This document shows, one piece after another, positions 35,772-47,017 of a stretch of 64,000 bases of DNA. The notes beneath the pieces were generated by a model. The model saw only the letters and a list, made by a program, of their open reading frames with translations, was not told where the DNA came from and ran no database searches. Position 1 is the stretch's first letter; every line of letters starts with the position of its first letter. Origin of the DNA: Coraliomargarita sp. (lineage in GTDB: Bacteria; Verrucomicrobiota; Verrucomicrobiia; Opitutales; Coraliomargaritaceae); the NCBI GenBank assembly GCA_965216325.1, contig OZ244160.1, positions 96,001 through 160,000 of the forward strand, read 5' to 3'. Made by a program: the position numbers and the translations under genes.

Positions 35772-35850
35772 ACTCCTAATCTTAATCGTAATCCTAATCT
35801 CACCTGAGCCGAAGAACGATTAAGAGTAAGATTACGATTAAGATTAAGAA
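35772..35850. repeat. hexamer-periodic palindromic element, copy 1 (pheT/gatC)
   Basis: ACTCCT-AATCTT-AATCGT-AATCCT-AATCTC, spacer, then GATTAA-GAGTAA-GATTAC-GATTAA-GATTAA-GAA. Confidence 0.9.
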
Positions 35851-35862
35851 CTGAAAACTACC

Positions 35863-36156
35863 ATGAGCGAACAACCACACATGGACATCGATTACGTCGC
35901 CAATCTGGCACGTCTCGAACTCTCTGACGACGAGAAGGCCAAGCTTGGCGGCCAACTTGACGATATTCTAGGCTACTTTGAAAAGCTCAACGCGGTGGAC
36001 GTCGAAGGCGTCGAGCCGATGGCACACGCCCGCCCGGTCTACAATGTCTGGCGCGAAGGCGACGAAGCCGGCGCAACCTACAGCCCGGAAGTTCTTACCA
36101 AGATGGCTCCCGAACAGCGCGAAAACCAAGTCGTCGTGCCAAAGGTCGTCGAGTAG
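35863..36156 (+). CDS. gatC: Asp/Glu-tRNA amidotransferase subunit C
   Basis: YVANLARLEL, ILGYFEKL, VEPMAH and VPKVVE motifs; upstream of gatA. Confidence 0.95.
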   Translation: MSEQPHMDIDYVANLARLELSDDEKAKLGGQLDDILGYFEKLNAVDVEGVEPMAHARPVYNVWREGDEAGATYSPEVLTKMAPEQRENQVVVPKVVE

Positions 36157-36160
36157 AATC

Positions 36161-36237
36161 TCTTACTCCTAATCTTAATCGTAATCCTAATCTCAAGAGA
36201 GCAGCGGACCGATTAAGATTACGATTATGATTAAGAA
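36161..36237. repeat. hexamer-periodic palindromic element, copy 2 (gatC/gatA)
   Basis: 31 nt (36165-36195) are identical to 35772-35802; right arm GATTAA-GATTAC-GATTAT-GATTAA-GAA. Confidence 0.9.
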
Positions 36238-36248
36238 TTTTTGATCCC

Positions 36249-37715
<1,467 letters not shown>

Positions 37716-37813
37716 AGCCACGGATGGACGCGGATTAAACGCGGATCCTTCCATACGAATCTAATTTATAATTTCAAAAAATCATCCGTGAACATCCGCG
37801 CTTATCCGCGGCT
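37716..37813. repeat. periodic palindromic element (3 x CRCGGAT) between gatA and gatB
   Basis: Begins at the base after the gatA stop. Left arm AGCCACGGAT-GGACGCGGAT-TAAACGCGGAT; reverse complement of right arm AGCCGCGGAT-AAGCGCGGAT-GTTCACGGAT; AT-rich spacer. Confidence 0.85.
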
Positions 37814-37838
37814 AAAAACACGTATCCAAAGCTTTTAT

Positions 37839-39305
<1,467 letters not shown>

Positions 39306-39309
<4 letters not shown>

Positions 39310-39944
39310 GCTAAAACAGGAGCAATCATTACCTTATCACCAGTTCGCACTAAAGAGAACTGGCCGATTTGTTGATGCTTTGGTTTCAGTAAGTCTCCGA
39401 TAATTACAAAGGTGCTTCTTTTTGGGCTAGTGCTACCCAATAAGAATAATCCTGCGGCATCAAAGTTAGGAATGTTCAATGATTCGTTGGTCAAGGTGAT
39501 GTTGCGGTTTACCTCAATGACGAAGATGGTGCCCTGTGGTGTAGGATATGTTTCTGGTAGCTTCGATAGTTGAATATTCAGATCATTGAGTGAGTCTGCT
39601 TCGTCCTTATGTGTTGGCAGCCAATCTGATTGTGGGACGAGTTTTAGTTGCACTGTAAAGTGTTCGTCCCGTTTACCTTTTGATCTTACTTTGATTGCCG
39701 AATCATAATCAGATTCTTCTTGATCCTTTTTGAATGGAGCAAACTCAATGATCTTCGGTGCCCAAATCATGTTCAAGCCGCATGCAAATGCAGCAGCTTG
39801 AAGGTTTTCGCGGAATGTCTTATTGTCCCTGTGTTTTAGTTTGCTAGGGGGGATGCGCTTGAGCTCCTCCTGCTGGTCCGCCCAGAATTTTGGAGGTGAG
39901 ACATACTCAAGTTTCTCTAGCTGTCTTTTAAGGATAGCATCCAT
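39306..39944 (-). CDS. AT-rich hypothetical protein, possible PD-(D/E)xK-like fold
   Basis: 212-aa ORF convergent on and overlapping the gatB stop; composition visibly differs from gatB; contains ESDYD...FTVQLK. Confidence 0.6.
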
Positions 39945-40146
39945 ATGTAAGCGTCAGCTGATTTACTCTGAATGCTGAAGTCAATTAGAACTATCAGTTC
40001 ATAATGCAACATGGTGTCCCTCGCTGAAAATTTTCTCGGTGACCTTCCAGAACTTGCCTTGCTTGCGGGCGATCAGGGTCTAAAACGGGTCATTGCTCCG
40101 CCATCTACACTTCGTTCCGTCCATAATTCTTGTAACGCTATCTATA

Positions 40147-40188
40147 TGCGTCATTGACATACTTGTTGGCTTGGTGCGTTAATGACAT
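40147..40188 (+). promoter_or_regulatory. putative TA promoter with two operator boxes
   Basis: TGCGTCATTGACAT (40147-40160, containing TTGACA and the palindrome GTCA-T-TGAC) and TGCGTTAATGACAT (40175-40188), just upstream of the toxin stump. Confidence 0.55.
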
Positions 40189-40200
40189 CGTTTAATTTGC

Positions 40201-40269
40201 ATGCTCTTCATCGAAACACCGATTTTCACGAAGCAAGCCAGCGGTGGGCGAGGGAACGTCGAACATTGA
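40201..40269 (+). pseudogene. N-terminal stump of a RelE/HigB-2-like toxin
   Basis: MLFIETPIFTKQA matches the first strand-helix of HigB-2/RelE toxins; the frame then runs into a heptamer repeat and stops after 22 codons; upstream of a HigA-type antitoxin. Confidence 0.7.
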
Positions 40270-40294
40270 ACTCCTAACATCCAATTTTGAATGA
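40254..40294. repeat. heptamer tandem arm (single, unpaired)
   Basis: GAACGTC-GAACATT-GAACTCC-TAACATC-CAATTTT-GAATGA. Confidence 0.65.
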
Positions 40295-40317
40295 CTGGCT
40301 GGGAAAGGAATAAGCAC

Positions 40318-40635
40318 TTGGACGCAGAACTATTCAATGAACTTAAAGACTCGATTCGCCAGATGAAGGCGATTGAGAAGGGCGAGCTGGCCCCAGCGCG
40401 TGTGCGTGTGGTGAATCCTGAGAACGAAGTGGCGCAGGCACGTCAGCAACTTGGCCTAACGCAAGAAGCGTTTGCGAAATTACTGGATACACCCGTTGGC
40501 ACGATCCGCGGTTGGGAGCAGGGGCGTCGTCAACCACCACCGAGCGCGAAGGTGTTGATGCGTGTTGCGACCAAGTATCCCGAGCAAGTATTGGAATGCG
40601 CTGAAGATCAAAGTGCCTACAATCAGAAGAGTTAG
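40318..40635 (+). CDS. HigA-2/NadS-like XRE-HTH antitoxin
   Basis: DAELFNELKDSI N-terminus and ARQQLGLTQEAFAKLL...TIRGWEQGRRQP HTH. The TTG at 40318 follows AAGGAA (ORF track starts at 40291). Confidence 0.85.
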   Translation: MDAELFNELKDSIRQMKAIEKGELAPARVRVVNPENEVAQARQQLGLTQEAFAKLLDTPVGTIRGWEQGRRQPPPSAKVLMRVATKYPEQVLECAEDQSAYNQKS

Positions 40636-40648
40636 GTCTGGAATATTA

Positions 40649-40734
40649 TAACCGCCCGCTTCGCTCGAGGACGCTGAGGTCAGAGAGAAAGTTTTGAGAC
40701 TTAGACTCTGCGCTCTCCGCGAACTCTGCGGTTA
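40649..40734. repeat. periodic palindromic element (9-nt CGCAGAG units)
   Basis: Left arm TAACCGC[CCGCTTCGCTC]GAGGACGCTGAGGTCAGAGAG; reverse complement of right arm TAACCGCAGAGTTCGCGGAGAGCGCAGAG. Confidence 0.75.
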
Positions 40735-40839
40735 AATACTAGTTCAGTTTGATGAATCGGTGAAAGATGAAAGGCTGAACTATAGATCATAATCATGCCA
40801 AGATTGATCGATAAGTTTGATTTTTATCGATCATGGAAT

Positions 40840-40992
40840 GGCTATGTATCGATTTCGCAGACCTCGACTGCCACAGCAACCCGTGACCTGCGCGGGCTAG
40901 TCCAGTTAGGTGCCTTGATTAAGACGGGTAAGCTAAAGGGCACTCGCTATTGGTTGAACCTTGGTAGTGCTTCATCGGTTAAGCGTGTTTAG
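40840..40992 (+). pseudogene. C-terminal winged-helix remnant of a Fic/DUF4172-type protein
   Basis: YVSISQTSTATATRDLRGLVQLGALIKTGKLKGTRYWLNL resembles the C-terminal tail of that family; no Fic HPFxxGNGR core upstream. Confidence 0.65.
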
Positions 40993-41026
40993 TCTAAGCC
41001 ATAGCTCTAAGACTAATAATAAAAAG

Positions 41027-42327
41027 GGTTCTTCGTAAATTCCTGTGAGGAATCAGGGGTTGAGGTCTAGTTTTCCGCATTGGAACAGGATGGCGACTCT
41101 GTAGTTCTCAAAGCTCCTGAAGCCTCTGGCGTTTGCTTTGATGCTTTGGATAACACCGTTAAAGCCTTCTGTTGCCGCATTGGTGATTCGGTGTTTCAGA
41201 TAGGTGATGATGTTCTCGAAGTGTTCTTTGATCATTTTGGCGACGCGTTTGACGGGGTCGAGTTTGCTGCGGCGAGCCCACCCATACCACTTGTTAAAGA
41301 ACTTCCGTGCGCAGGCCGGATACGTGTAGTCCCAAAAGTGGTCGAAGGTTTCCTTGATCGCGTAGGCACGACCCACCTTCAACCCGAGCGACTGCAGCTG
41401 GTCAAAGCGAACCTGCATCTCTTCGCTGAGGTTCTCAAAGCCCGTCAGCCAGAGATATTTACTCTTCTTGAGCGTGTCGTCGTTCTGGCTGGAGAGGACT
41501 TTGTGTTCTTGCCGACGCACCTTGTCGATTGCCTGATTCAGGTGCGCGCTGATGTGGAAGCGGTCATGCACGATGTCCGCATCGGGTAAGTGGGATTCAG
41601 CGGCCTTGATATAGGCACGCCACATATCCATAGCGACTGCTTTGACTACCTTTAGCTGCTCTTCGGTTAGCCCCTCAAAGAGCTTGTCGCATGCCGACTC
41701 GTCGCGACCTTCGGCGACATCCAGAACCCGACTGCGATCCAGATCGGTCAACAGACTGATGTAGTTGTGTCCCTTGCGAAAACTCTTCTCATCAATGCCC
41801 AAGTAATTGACTGGCACGGCCTGTCTTCGCTCCAGCCCCCTGGCCACTGCACGACGCCTGATCTCATTTACCTGATGCCAGTTTAGCCCCATTGACTCAG
41901 CTGCGGCCTTCACGCTCGAACAGGCCTGAAGCACGTCTATGGCAAAGGACTCGAACAGCAGAGTAAATCTTGAGCCTTTCCCTGCCCAAGGCACACGAAC
42001 GGTCTTCACGCCATGTTCCGGGCAATTGCAGCGAGGCACCTCACAGCGCAGGATCGTTTCAAACTGCATTGTGTCCAGGTGACGCCATTCACGCATCTCC
42101 CGGTCGTCATAGTGAGGGCAGACTCCTCCGCACTCAGGACACTCCAGCGACTGTGACAAGTCATAGTAAATCTCGACCACTACACGCTTAGCTCCTAAAT
42201 CCAATTGCACTGCGGATACCTTCCAAGCTCCGCTCAAACCCAATAGTTGCTCGTAGTGTTCTTCCTGTGATGTCATCTCTGTCTTGAACATCTATACCGC
42301 TTCCTTCACAAGATTTTACGAATAGCC
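41027..42327 (-). mobile_element. ISL3-family insertion sequence (1301 bp)
   Basis: Imperfect terminal IRs GGTTCTTCGTAAATTCCTGTGAGGAA (41027-) and GGCTATTCGTAAAATCTTGTGAAGGAA (reverse complement, ending 42327) flank an intact transposase. Confidence 0.9.
41053..42291 (-). CDS. ISL3-family transposase
   Basis: CPECG zinc finger, WRHLD, PWA...SRFT, GIDEKS, AMDMW, HDRFH and TNAATEGFN...ARGFRSFENY motifs. Confidence 0.95.
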   Translation of the reverse strand: MFKTEMTSQEEHYEQLLGLSGAWKVSAVQLDLGAKRVVVEIYYDLSQSLECPECGGVCPHYDDREMREWRHLDTMQFETILRCEVPRCNCPEHGVKTVRVPWAGKGSRFTLLFESFAIDVLQACSSVKAAAESMGLNWHQVNEIRRRAVARGLERRQAVPVNYLGIDEKSFRKGHNYISLLTDLDRSRVLDVAEGRDESACDKLFEGLTEEQLKVVKAVAMDMWRAYIKAAESHLPDADIVHDRFHISAHLNQAIDKVRRQEHKVLSSQNDDTLKKSKYLWLTGFENLSEEMQVRFDQLQSLGLKVGRAYAIKETFDHFWDYTYPACARKFFNKWYGWARRSKLDPVKRVAKMIKEHFENIITYLKHRITNAATEGFNGVIQSIKANARGFRSFENYRVAILFQCGKLDLNP

Positions 42328-42328
42328 T

Positions 42329-42415
42329 AATTTTCTAGGCGTTGAAATGGCGCGGAAAATATACAACAAATTTGAGCCAATATTTACCGAGTTTGAATAC
42401 GCAGCCCCAGGGTGA
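42329..42415 (+). pseudogene. 3' remnant of a gene truncated at the IS end (sulfotransferase-like tail)
   Basis: Frame is open from the IS boundary: NFLGVEMARKIYNKFEPIFTEFEYAAPG*, resembling the ...IY....F..FGY tails of sulfotransferases (compare RIYSRYRDDFDLLGY in 53916-54635). Confidence 0.45.
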
Positions 42416-42494
42416 TCAAATTTCGCTCGGCTCTCAACTGTGCTTGGTTCTTCTTTATGCTAGGCGATAAAATGAGCGAACCAACAACTGAGTA

Positions 42495-43454
42495 GTGCAT
42501 AAGAACAAAAAAAGGATTTTAAGGAAGTTACTTGGTAAGAAGTTGGCGGGGTGTCTGCTTTTATACCTTAAGCACGCCTTGGTGTGTCTGATGCGCTTCA
42601 TTCGAAGGAAATTTGGGGTGAACAATGAAATTGCAGTTGTCATATTCAGCTATGATCGACCGATGCAATTGGAGGCCCTGTTGGTTAGCATTCAGCAACA
42701 CTGGAACTGGCAAAAAAAAGTATATGTTATCTATCGAATTAGTGGGCCGAAGTATGCGGATGCTTATGAAGCGTTGTTTAATCAATATGCGTTTGTAGTG
42801 CCTATACGCGAACAGCCTTGTGCTTTTCGTCGTCAGTTGATCGATTTGGTGAAGAAAGCTAAAGTGAGGTGGATCTCTTTGATGGTGGATGATGATTTGC
42901 TTGTCGCGGATGTAGATCAAGATATCCTTCCACACTTAGAAAATGGACACAATTTTAGTCTCAGACTTGGGAGGCATGTGGTGGAATGCCAACCCGTCTA
43001 CGGCAAGCCTTCAGTGCCCAAGGCGCTGAAACAATTTAGTGCACCCAATGAGCATTTCATCCATTGGAAATGGGCTGATGGTACATATGACTGGAGGATG
43101 CCATTTAGTTTAGACGGGAATATCGTCAATCGTCTCGAGCTTCAAATATGCTTGAGTTTAATAAAGTTCGAAAATCCGAATACCCTAGAACGAGAGCTTA
43201 GGAATATGGAATTTCTATACGATTTTGATGAGGGAGTGGCATACTCAAATAGCCGTCTAATCAATATTCCGATGAATCGAGTTCAAGAGTCTGGCCTCCA
43301 CTTTCCGTCCATGGACGTATCAACCGATGATCTGTTGGAAAAGTGGAGGGCTGGGCTGAGGCCCGATTTCTCAAAAATCGTCAATAAGCAATGGCCCTCT
43401 ACGCATGTTGAAGCGATGCCCGAATTTATTCAGCCGAGCTCAACTGATTGTTGA
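42495..43454 (+). CDS. glycosyltransferase-like (GT-A fold) hypothetical protein
   Basis: VIFSYDRPMQLEALLVSI N-terminal strand-helix and MVDDD DxD-like motif; start uncertain. Confidence 0.6.
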   Translation: MHKNKKRILRKLLGKKLAGCLLLYLKHALVCLMRFIRRKFGVNNEIAVVIFSYDRPMQLEALLVSIQQHWNWQKKVYVIYRISGPKYADAYEALFNQYAFVVPIREQPCAFRRQLIDLVKKAKVRWISLMVDDDLLVADVDQDILPHLENGHNFSLRLGRHVVECQPVYGKPSVPKALKQFSAPNEHFIHWKWADGTYDWRMPFSLDGNIVNRLELQICLSLIKFENPNTLERELRNMEFLYDFDEGVAYSNSRLINIPMNRVQESGLHFPSMDVSTDDLLEKWRAGLRPDFSKIVNKQWPSTHVEAMPEFIQPSSTDC

Positions 43455-43464
43455 ACTGTTGCCT

Positions 43465-44310
43465 TTATTCGGAACGTAGAATTTGGGGCAGCTTTGGGGG
43501 GCGTTTGTGCCAGCTGGTATACATTTTATGGGCTTTGGTCGTAATTTGAGCCCAAAGTCGGGGCTGGGTTCTGATTTGCTGTTTCCAGTCGTCGCCGAGG
43601 TAGGCCTTGAGGAAGCGTCCGCAATCTGCAGAGGTGAGGCCGACGTCCAGTGCGGAGAAGATCAGTGAGCGCAGGTCTTTAACTAGCCAGCGTGTGGGGA
43701 CTTGGGGGCGCTGTTGGACGCGGTGGAGGTCGATGAGGCTGACTTCGATTTGAGCGCCAGCCTGCCATGCTTGAATGTGCTCGCGGTTGACCAAATAGTG
43801 GCAGAGGTAGCAGTCGCGGTGGTTGATGCCGCTGCGGTGCATTTTGCCGGTCATCAAGCCGACTTCTGTTATGAGGGCGTGTTTGAGGGAGACCCACTGT
43901 GGGCCGTTTATGTTTAGCCAGCCCTCTTTGAAATATTCGAGTGTTTCGCAATCTTCAAGCGCCTCCAGTGCGACAAAGGACTCAACCGCATGGGGATAGC
44001 TGCCGCGTTCACCTTTGCCGAGCACTTTGGGCACTCGGACGCCTGCAGCTGCCAGCTTTTCCGCGCCTTCCCATTCCGTGCGGGCACTGACGACCGGTTT
44101 GCGGAAGCGATACCATTCTTTAATCACTTCGCCCCAGCCGCAGCCCAAGTGACGCTTCACATAGAAGTGCAGGTCACCAAGCTGGACCTCGTAGGTCAGT
44201 CGGTGTTTGACGTCGCGATGTGCTTGCCCTTGTTGGGTCAGGAACCAGCCGAACAAATCGGGCTCATCGGCGAGCCGTTGTTTGAGTTCTGGGCTGAGTT
44301 CAAGATACAT
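43465..44310 (-). CDS. waaP: LPS core heptose(I) kinase
   Basis: YVKRHLGCGWGEVIK, PVVSARTEW, GINHRDCYLCHYL, LIDLHR and RWLVKDL..L.FSALD motifs. Start set at ATG 44310. Confidence 0.88.
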   Translation of the reverse strand: MYLELSPELKQRLADEPDLFGWFLTQQGQAHRDVKHRLTYEVQLGDLHFYVKRHLGCGWGEVIKEWYRFRKPVVSARTEWEGAEKLAAAGVRVPKVLGKGERGSYPHAVESFVALEALEDCETLEYFKEGWLNINGPQWVSLKHALITEVGLMTGKMHRSGINHRDCYLCHYLVNREHIQAWQAGAQIEVSLIDLHRVQQRPQVPTRWLVKDLRSLIFSALDVGLTSADCGRFLKAYLGDDWKQQIRTQPRLWAQITTKAHKMYTSWHKRPPKLPQILRSE

Positions 44311-44585
44311 GTTTTTGGAAGGCTGTTCCGAGGAACGAAGTGGCGACATGACCGGGCGCGAAGCGGACCGGATCAACCTGAAAGCTGAGACTTGAGTGGC
44401 TGCGTGGCGTGGGAAGTTTAAATGTGTGAAAGTTCGGCGGTCCGACTTCTGGATATAGTTTTATGTTGGCGACTGAGTCTAGCCTTGAATTGTTCGGTGC
44501 TTGGGGTTGCTCTGCTAGCCGAATCTGAAGGTTGCCAGTATTCTGGGGATTTCAGATGCTGTGTTTTTGCTAACTTATTACATCT

Positions 44586-46832
44586 ATGCCCTCTGATAAA
44601 CTGCGTCTTGTGAATCTAGCTCGCCCAGGAAAGCTGGATCGTGAGTTCATGTGCGCTGCATTCAAGGGGCTGAGGTTGTTAATTGGCGACGTGGGGGAGC
44701 GTTTTACCGGAAAATCGATGCCGTTGGATACGTCGTTTTGCGGCGTGTGTATTGCGGTTCCGAAAGATGAGGAGGCTTTGGAGCAACTGTGCCGCTATGT
44801 GCGCGAGTTGTCTGTGCGTTCGCTGAGAGTGGACCTGACTTACGGGATGGATCTCGAGATGGTCGATACGCTGCTCGACCGTATGCATGCTTTGGATACG
44901 CGGGTTTTGTTGCATCTGGTGCAGCCGCGCTCGCTGGCGAAGCAAATGCCTGCAGCGGGTGTGTTGGAGCAGTGGCGCGCGTTTGTGGCAGATTCTTTGG
45001 AGCGCACTGCCGATCGAATTGAGGCAGTTGAGATTGGGGCGACAGTGAACCGTGCGAAATGGGCGGGCTACAACCTTGCGGGCCTGTTGGCACTTTGGGA
45101 GGTGGCTTGCTCCGAGGCTCGACGGAGCGGAGTTTTGCTGGTCGGGCCGAATGTAACCGATTTTGAACCACAGTATAATGCCGGGTTGCTGAGGATGTTG
45201 AAGCGCCGTGAGCAGTTGCCCGACGTGCATAGCAACAACTTGTTTGCGGAGCGGGCGATCGAGCCAGAGGCAATGGACAGGAAGATTCTTGGGGAGCGCT
45301 TCAAACGGCTGCACGGTTATGACCTGATCAAGAAGGCGCAGCTGGTGGCTGCTTTGGGTGCGGAGTGTGGTTTGCCTCGTGCCTGGTCCACCTGCGCATT
45401 CTGGACGGTGCCTCGCATTAAGCGCGTTTTGACCAAATCGGAGAACAAAATGGCGGATTATTTGGTACGCTATTTTGTGCTTTGTGCTGCTTCGGGTGCC
45501 TTTGAGCGGATTTACTGGGGGCCGCTGGTGAGTCGTCGTGAGGGATTGGTGGACGATGGTACTGGTTTGGCGGAGGATCGCACGGTGCGCGATGTGGTAT
45601 CGCTGTATCGGGAGTTGCCCGGTGAGTCGCAGCAGTGGCGTGTGCGGCCTGCATTTTATGCGCTGCAGGCGGTGAATCGTTTTTTGTCGGGGGCGCGTTA
45701 CTTAGGGAAATTGAGTCAGGGTGAGGCTTTGCAAATCCATGCCTTTGAAGTCGAGGAGGGGATTCTTCATGTCGGATGGACGATGAATGGTAAGCTTGCT
45801 GCCATCTCCGATTGCTACTCCGACGATGTTGTAGCTGGGCTGAAGGCACAGTGGAGCCGGGACGGTGCCGAACTGGAGCAGGTGCCCTCTGTGCTGACGG
45901 AATCGCCGTATTATTTGTTATGGCCGAAGGATGCGCAGCCGAAAGTGTTGGAGTCTGCGGAGGTGATGGAGCGGGTGGTGGTCGCTCCGTTGAATCAGGG
46001 GGAAGACTATTACAGTGTCGGTGATGCGACATGGCGGGGCTTGATTCGAGCCGGCAGTGAGGAGCACGCGCAGTTGCTCTACGACTCATTGCGGCCGGAG
46101 TCGATTGCTTCCAAGCCTCAGCTGGCTAATTTACGTAAGGCGCGCAATGCGATCTGGACGGTTGAAGATCCGCGAGATCCGGAATGTTCGCTCGTGGTGA
46201 AGCAGCCTGTGCGCATTGCCTGGCATAAGCAGATTCTGGATCGGAGTAAGCCGTCCAAAGCATTGCGCAGTTGGAATGGCACAAGTGAGTTACTTCGACG
46301 TGGTATCGAATCTCCGGCGCCGGTGGCTTTTTTCGAGCACCGTGATCCGCGTGAGATGTTGCAGAACTGGTTTGTTTGTGAGCACTTCAAGACCGAACAC
46401 TCGGCGCGTTCATTTTTTGTACGCTATGCCGCGGGGGAGGAGCGAGTGGAAGGCTATACCTTTGAGGAGTTTGTGTATCGGATCCTGCGCTACATACGTC
46501 GAATGCATCGGCGCGGGGTGATTTTTAGAGACCTATCGGGGGGCAATGTCTTGGTGCAGGTTTTGGCGGATGGGAAATTGAAATTTTCATTGATCGATAC
46601 AGCGCGCGCGCGCTTTCAGATGCGACGTTTCCCGCTCAAGGCGCGTGTCTCGGATTTGAAGCGCTTATGCAGCAAGCTCGACACTGAGCGTCAGGCTTAC
46701 TTCATGAACGCCTATTTGAAGCAAGAGGGAGCTCGTTTTACACAGTTACAGCGTTGGTCGTTTAAGCTTTATGCGCTAAAGGCTCAGCTGAAACGCTGGA
46801 AGCGTAAATTGAGAAAGCAGTTTATGCGCTGA
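44586..46832 (+). CDS. fusion of a glycoside-hydrolase-like TIM barrel and a C-terminal Kdo/WaaP-family kinase
   Basis: C-terminal VVKQ, SKALRSW, HRRGVIFRDLSGGNVL and LIDT kinase motifs; N-terminal RVD / AVEIG / VGP / DVHS / RIYW strand pattern of clan GH-A-like barrels. Confidence 0.65.
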   Translation: MPSDKLRLVNLARPGKLDREFMCAAFKGLRLLIGDVGERFTGKSMPLDTSFCGVCIAVPKDEEALEQLCRYVRELSVRSLRVDLTYGMDLEMVDTLLDRMHALDTRVLLHLVQPRSLAKQMPAAGVLEQWRAFVADSLERTADRIEAVEIGATVNRAKWAGYNLAGLLALWEVACSEARRSGVLLVGPNVTDFEPQYNAGLLRMLKRREQLPDVHSNNLFAERAIEPEAMDRKILGERFKRLHGYDLIKKAQLVAALGAECGLPRAWSTCAFWTVPRIKRVLTKSENKMADYLVRYFVLCAASGAFERIYWGPLVSRREGLVDDGTGLAEDRTVRDVVSLYRELPGESQQWRVRPAFYALQAVNRFLSGARYLGKLSQGEALQIHAFEVEEGILHVGWTMNGKLAAISDCYSDDVVAGLKAQWSRDGAELEQVPSVLTESPYYLLWPKDAQPKVLESAEVMERVVVAPLNQGEDYYSVGDATWRGLIRAGSEEHAQLLYDSLRPESIASKPQLANLRKARNAIWTVEDPRDPECSLVVKQPVRIAWHKQILDRSKPSKALRSWNGTSELLRRGIESPAPVAFFEHRDPREMLQNWFVCEHFKTEHSARSFFVRYAAGEERVEGYTFEEFVYRILRYIRRMHRRGVIFRDLSGGNVLVQVLADGKLKFSLIDTARARFQMRRFPLKARVSDLKRLCSKLDTERQAYFMNAYLKQEGARFTQLQRWSFKLYALKAQLKRWKRKLRKQFMR

Positions 46833-47017
46833 GCCATGGCCGCTCACTCGGTTCATCATGTTTCATCGGCTCCGTGTTCGGGAGGAGGGGCTTCCCGTTT
46901 ACGTTTCTTTCTGAAGATCATGTGTGGCAGGTCGATGGTCTGAGTCTGAAGTGCCTGAGCGCGCAGGGCTAGTGTGATTGCACTCTAATTGGTAGGATCC
47001 AGGCGCATGGCTGGTTG

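Noticed and set aside
35772..36237. Possible CRISPR array (repeat-gatC-repeat)
   Set aside because: Only two copies about 390 nt apart with a gene between them, internal hexamer periodicity and no cas genes.
39998..40124. Minus-strand fragment TLIARKQGKFWKVTEKIFSEGHHVAL* as another gene remnant
   Set aside because: Plausible in this decayed region, but no family could be recognised and there is no clear start.
44376..44398. CCTGAAA-GCTGAGA-CTTGAGT heptamer-like run upstream of waaP
   Set aside because: Three degenerate units with no inverted partner; may be a relic of the heptamer family but cannot be supported.
46857..47009. Minus-strand reading MRLDPTN*SAITLALRAQ...HGADET* as a pseudogene
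   Set aside because: Short, interrupted and without a recognisable motif; cannot be told apart from chance.
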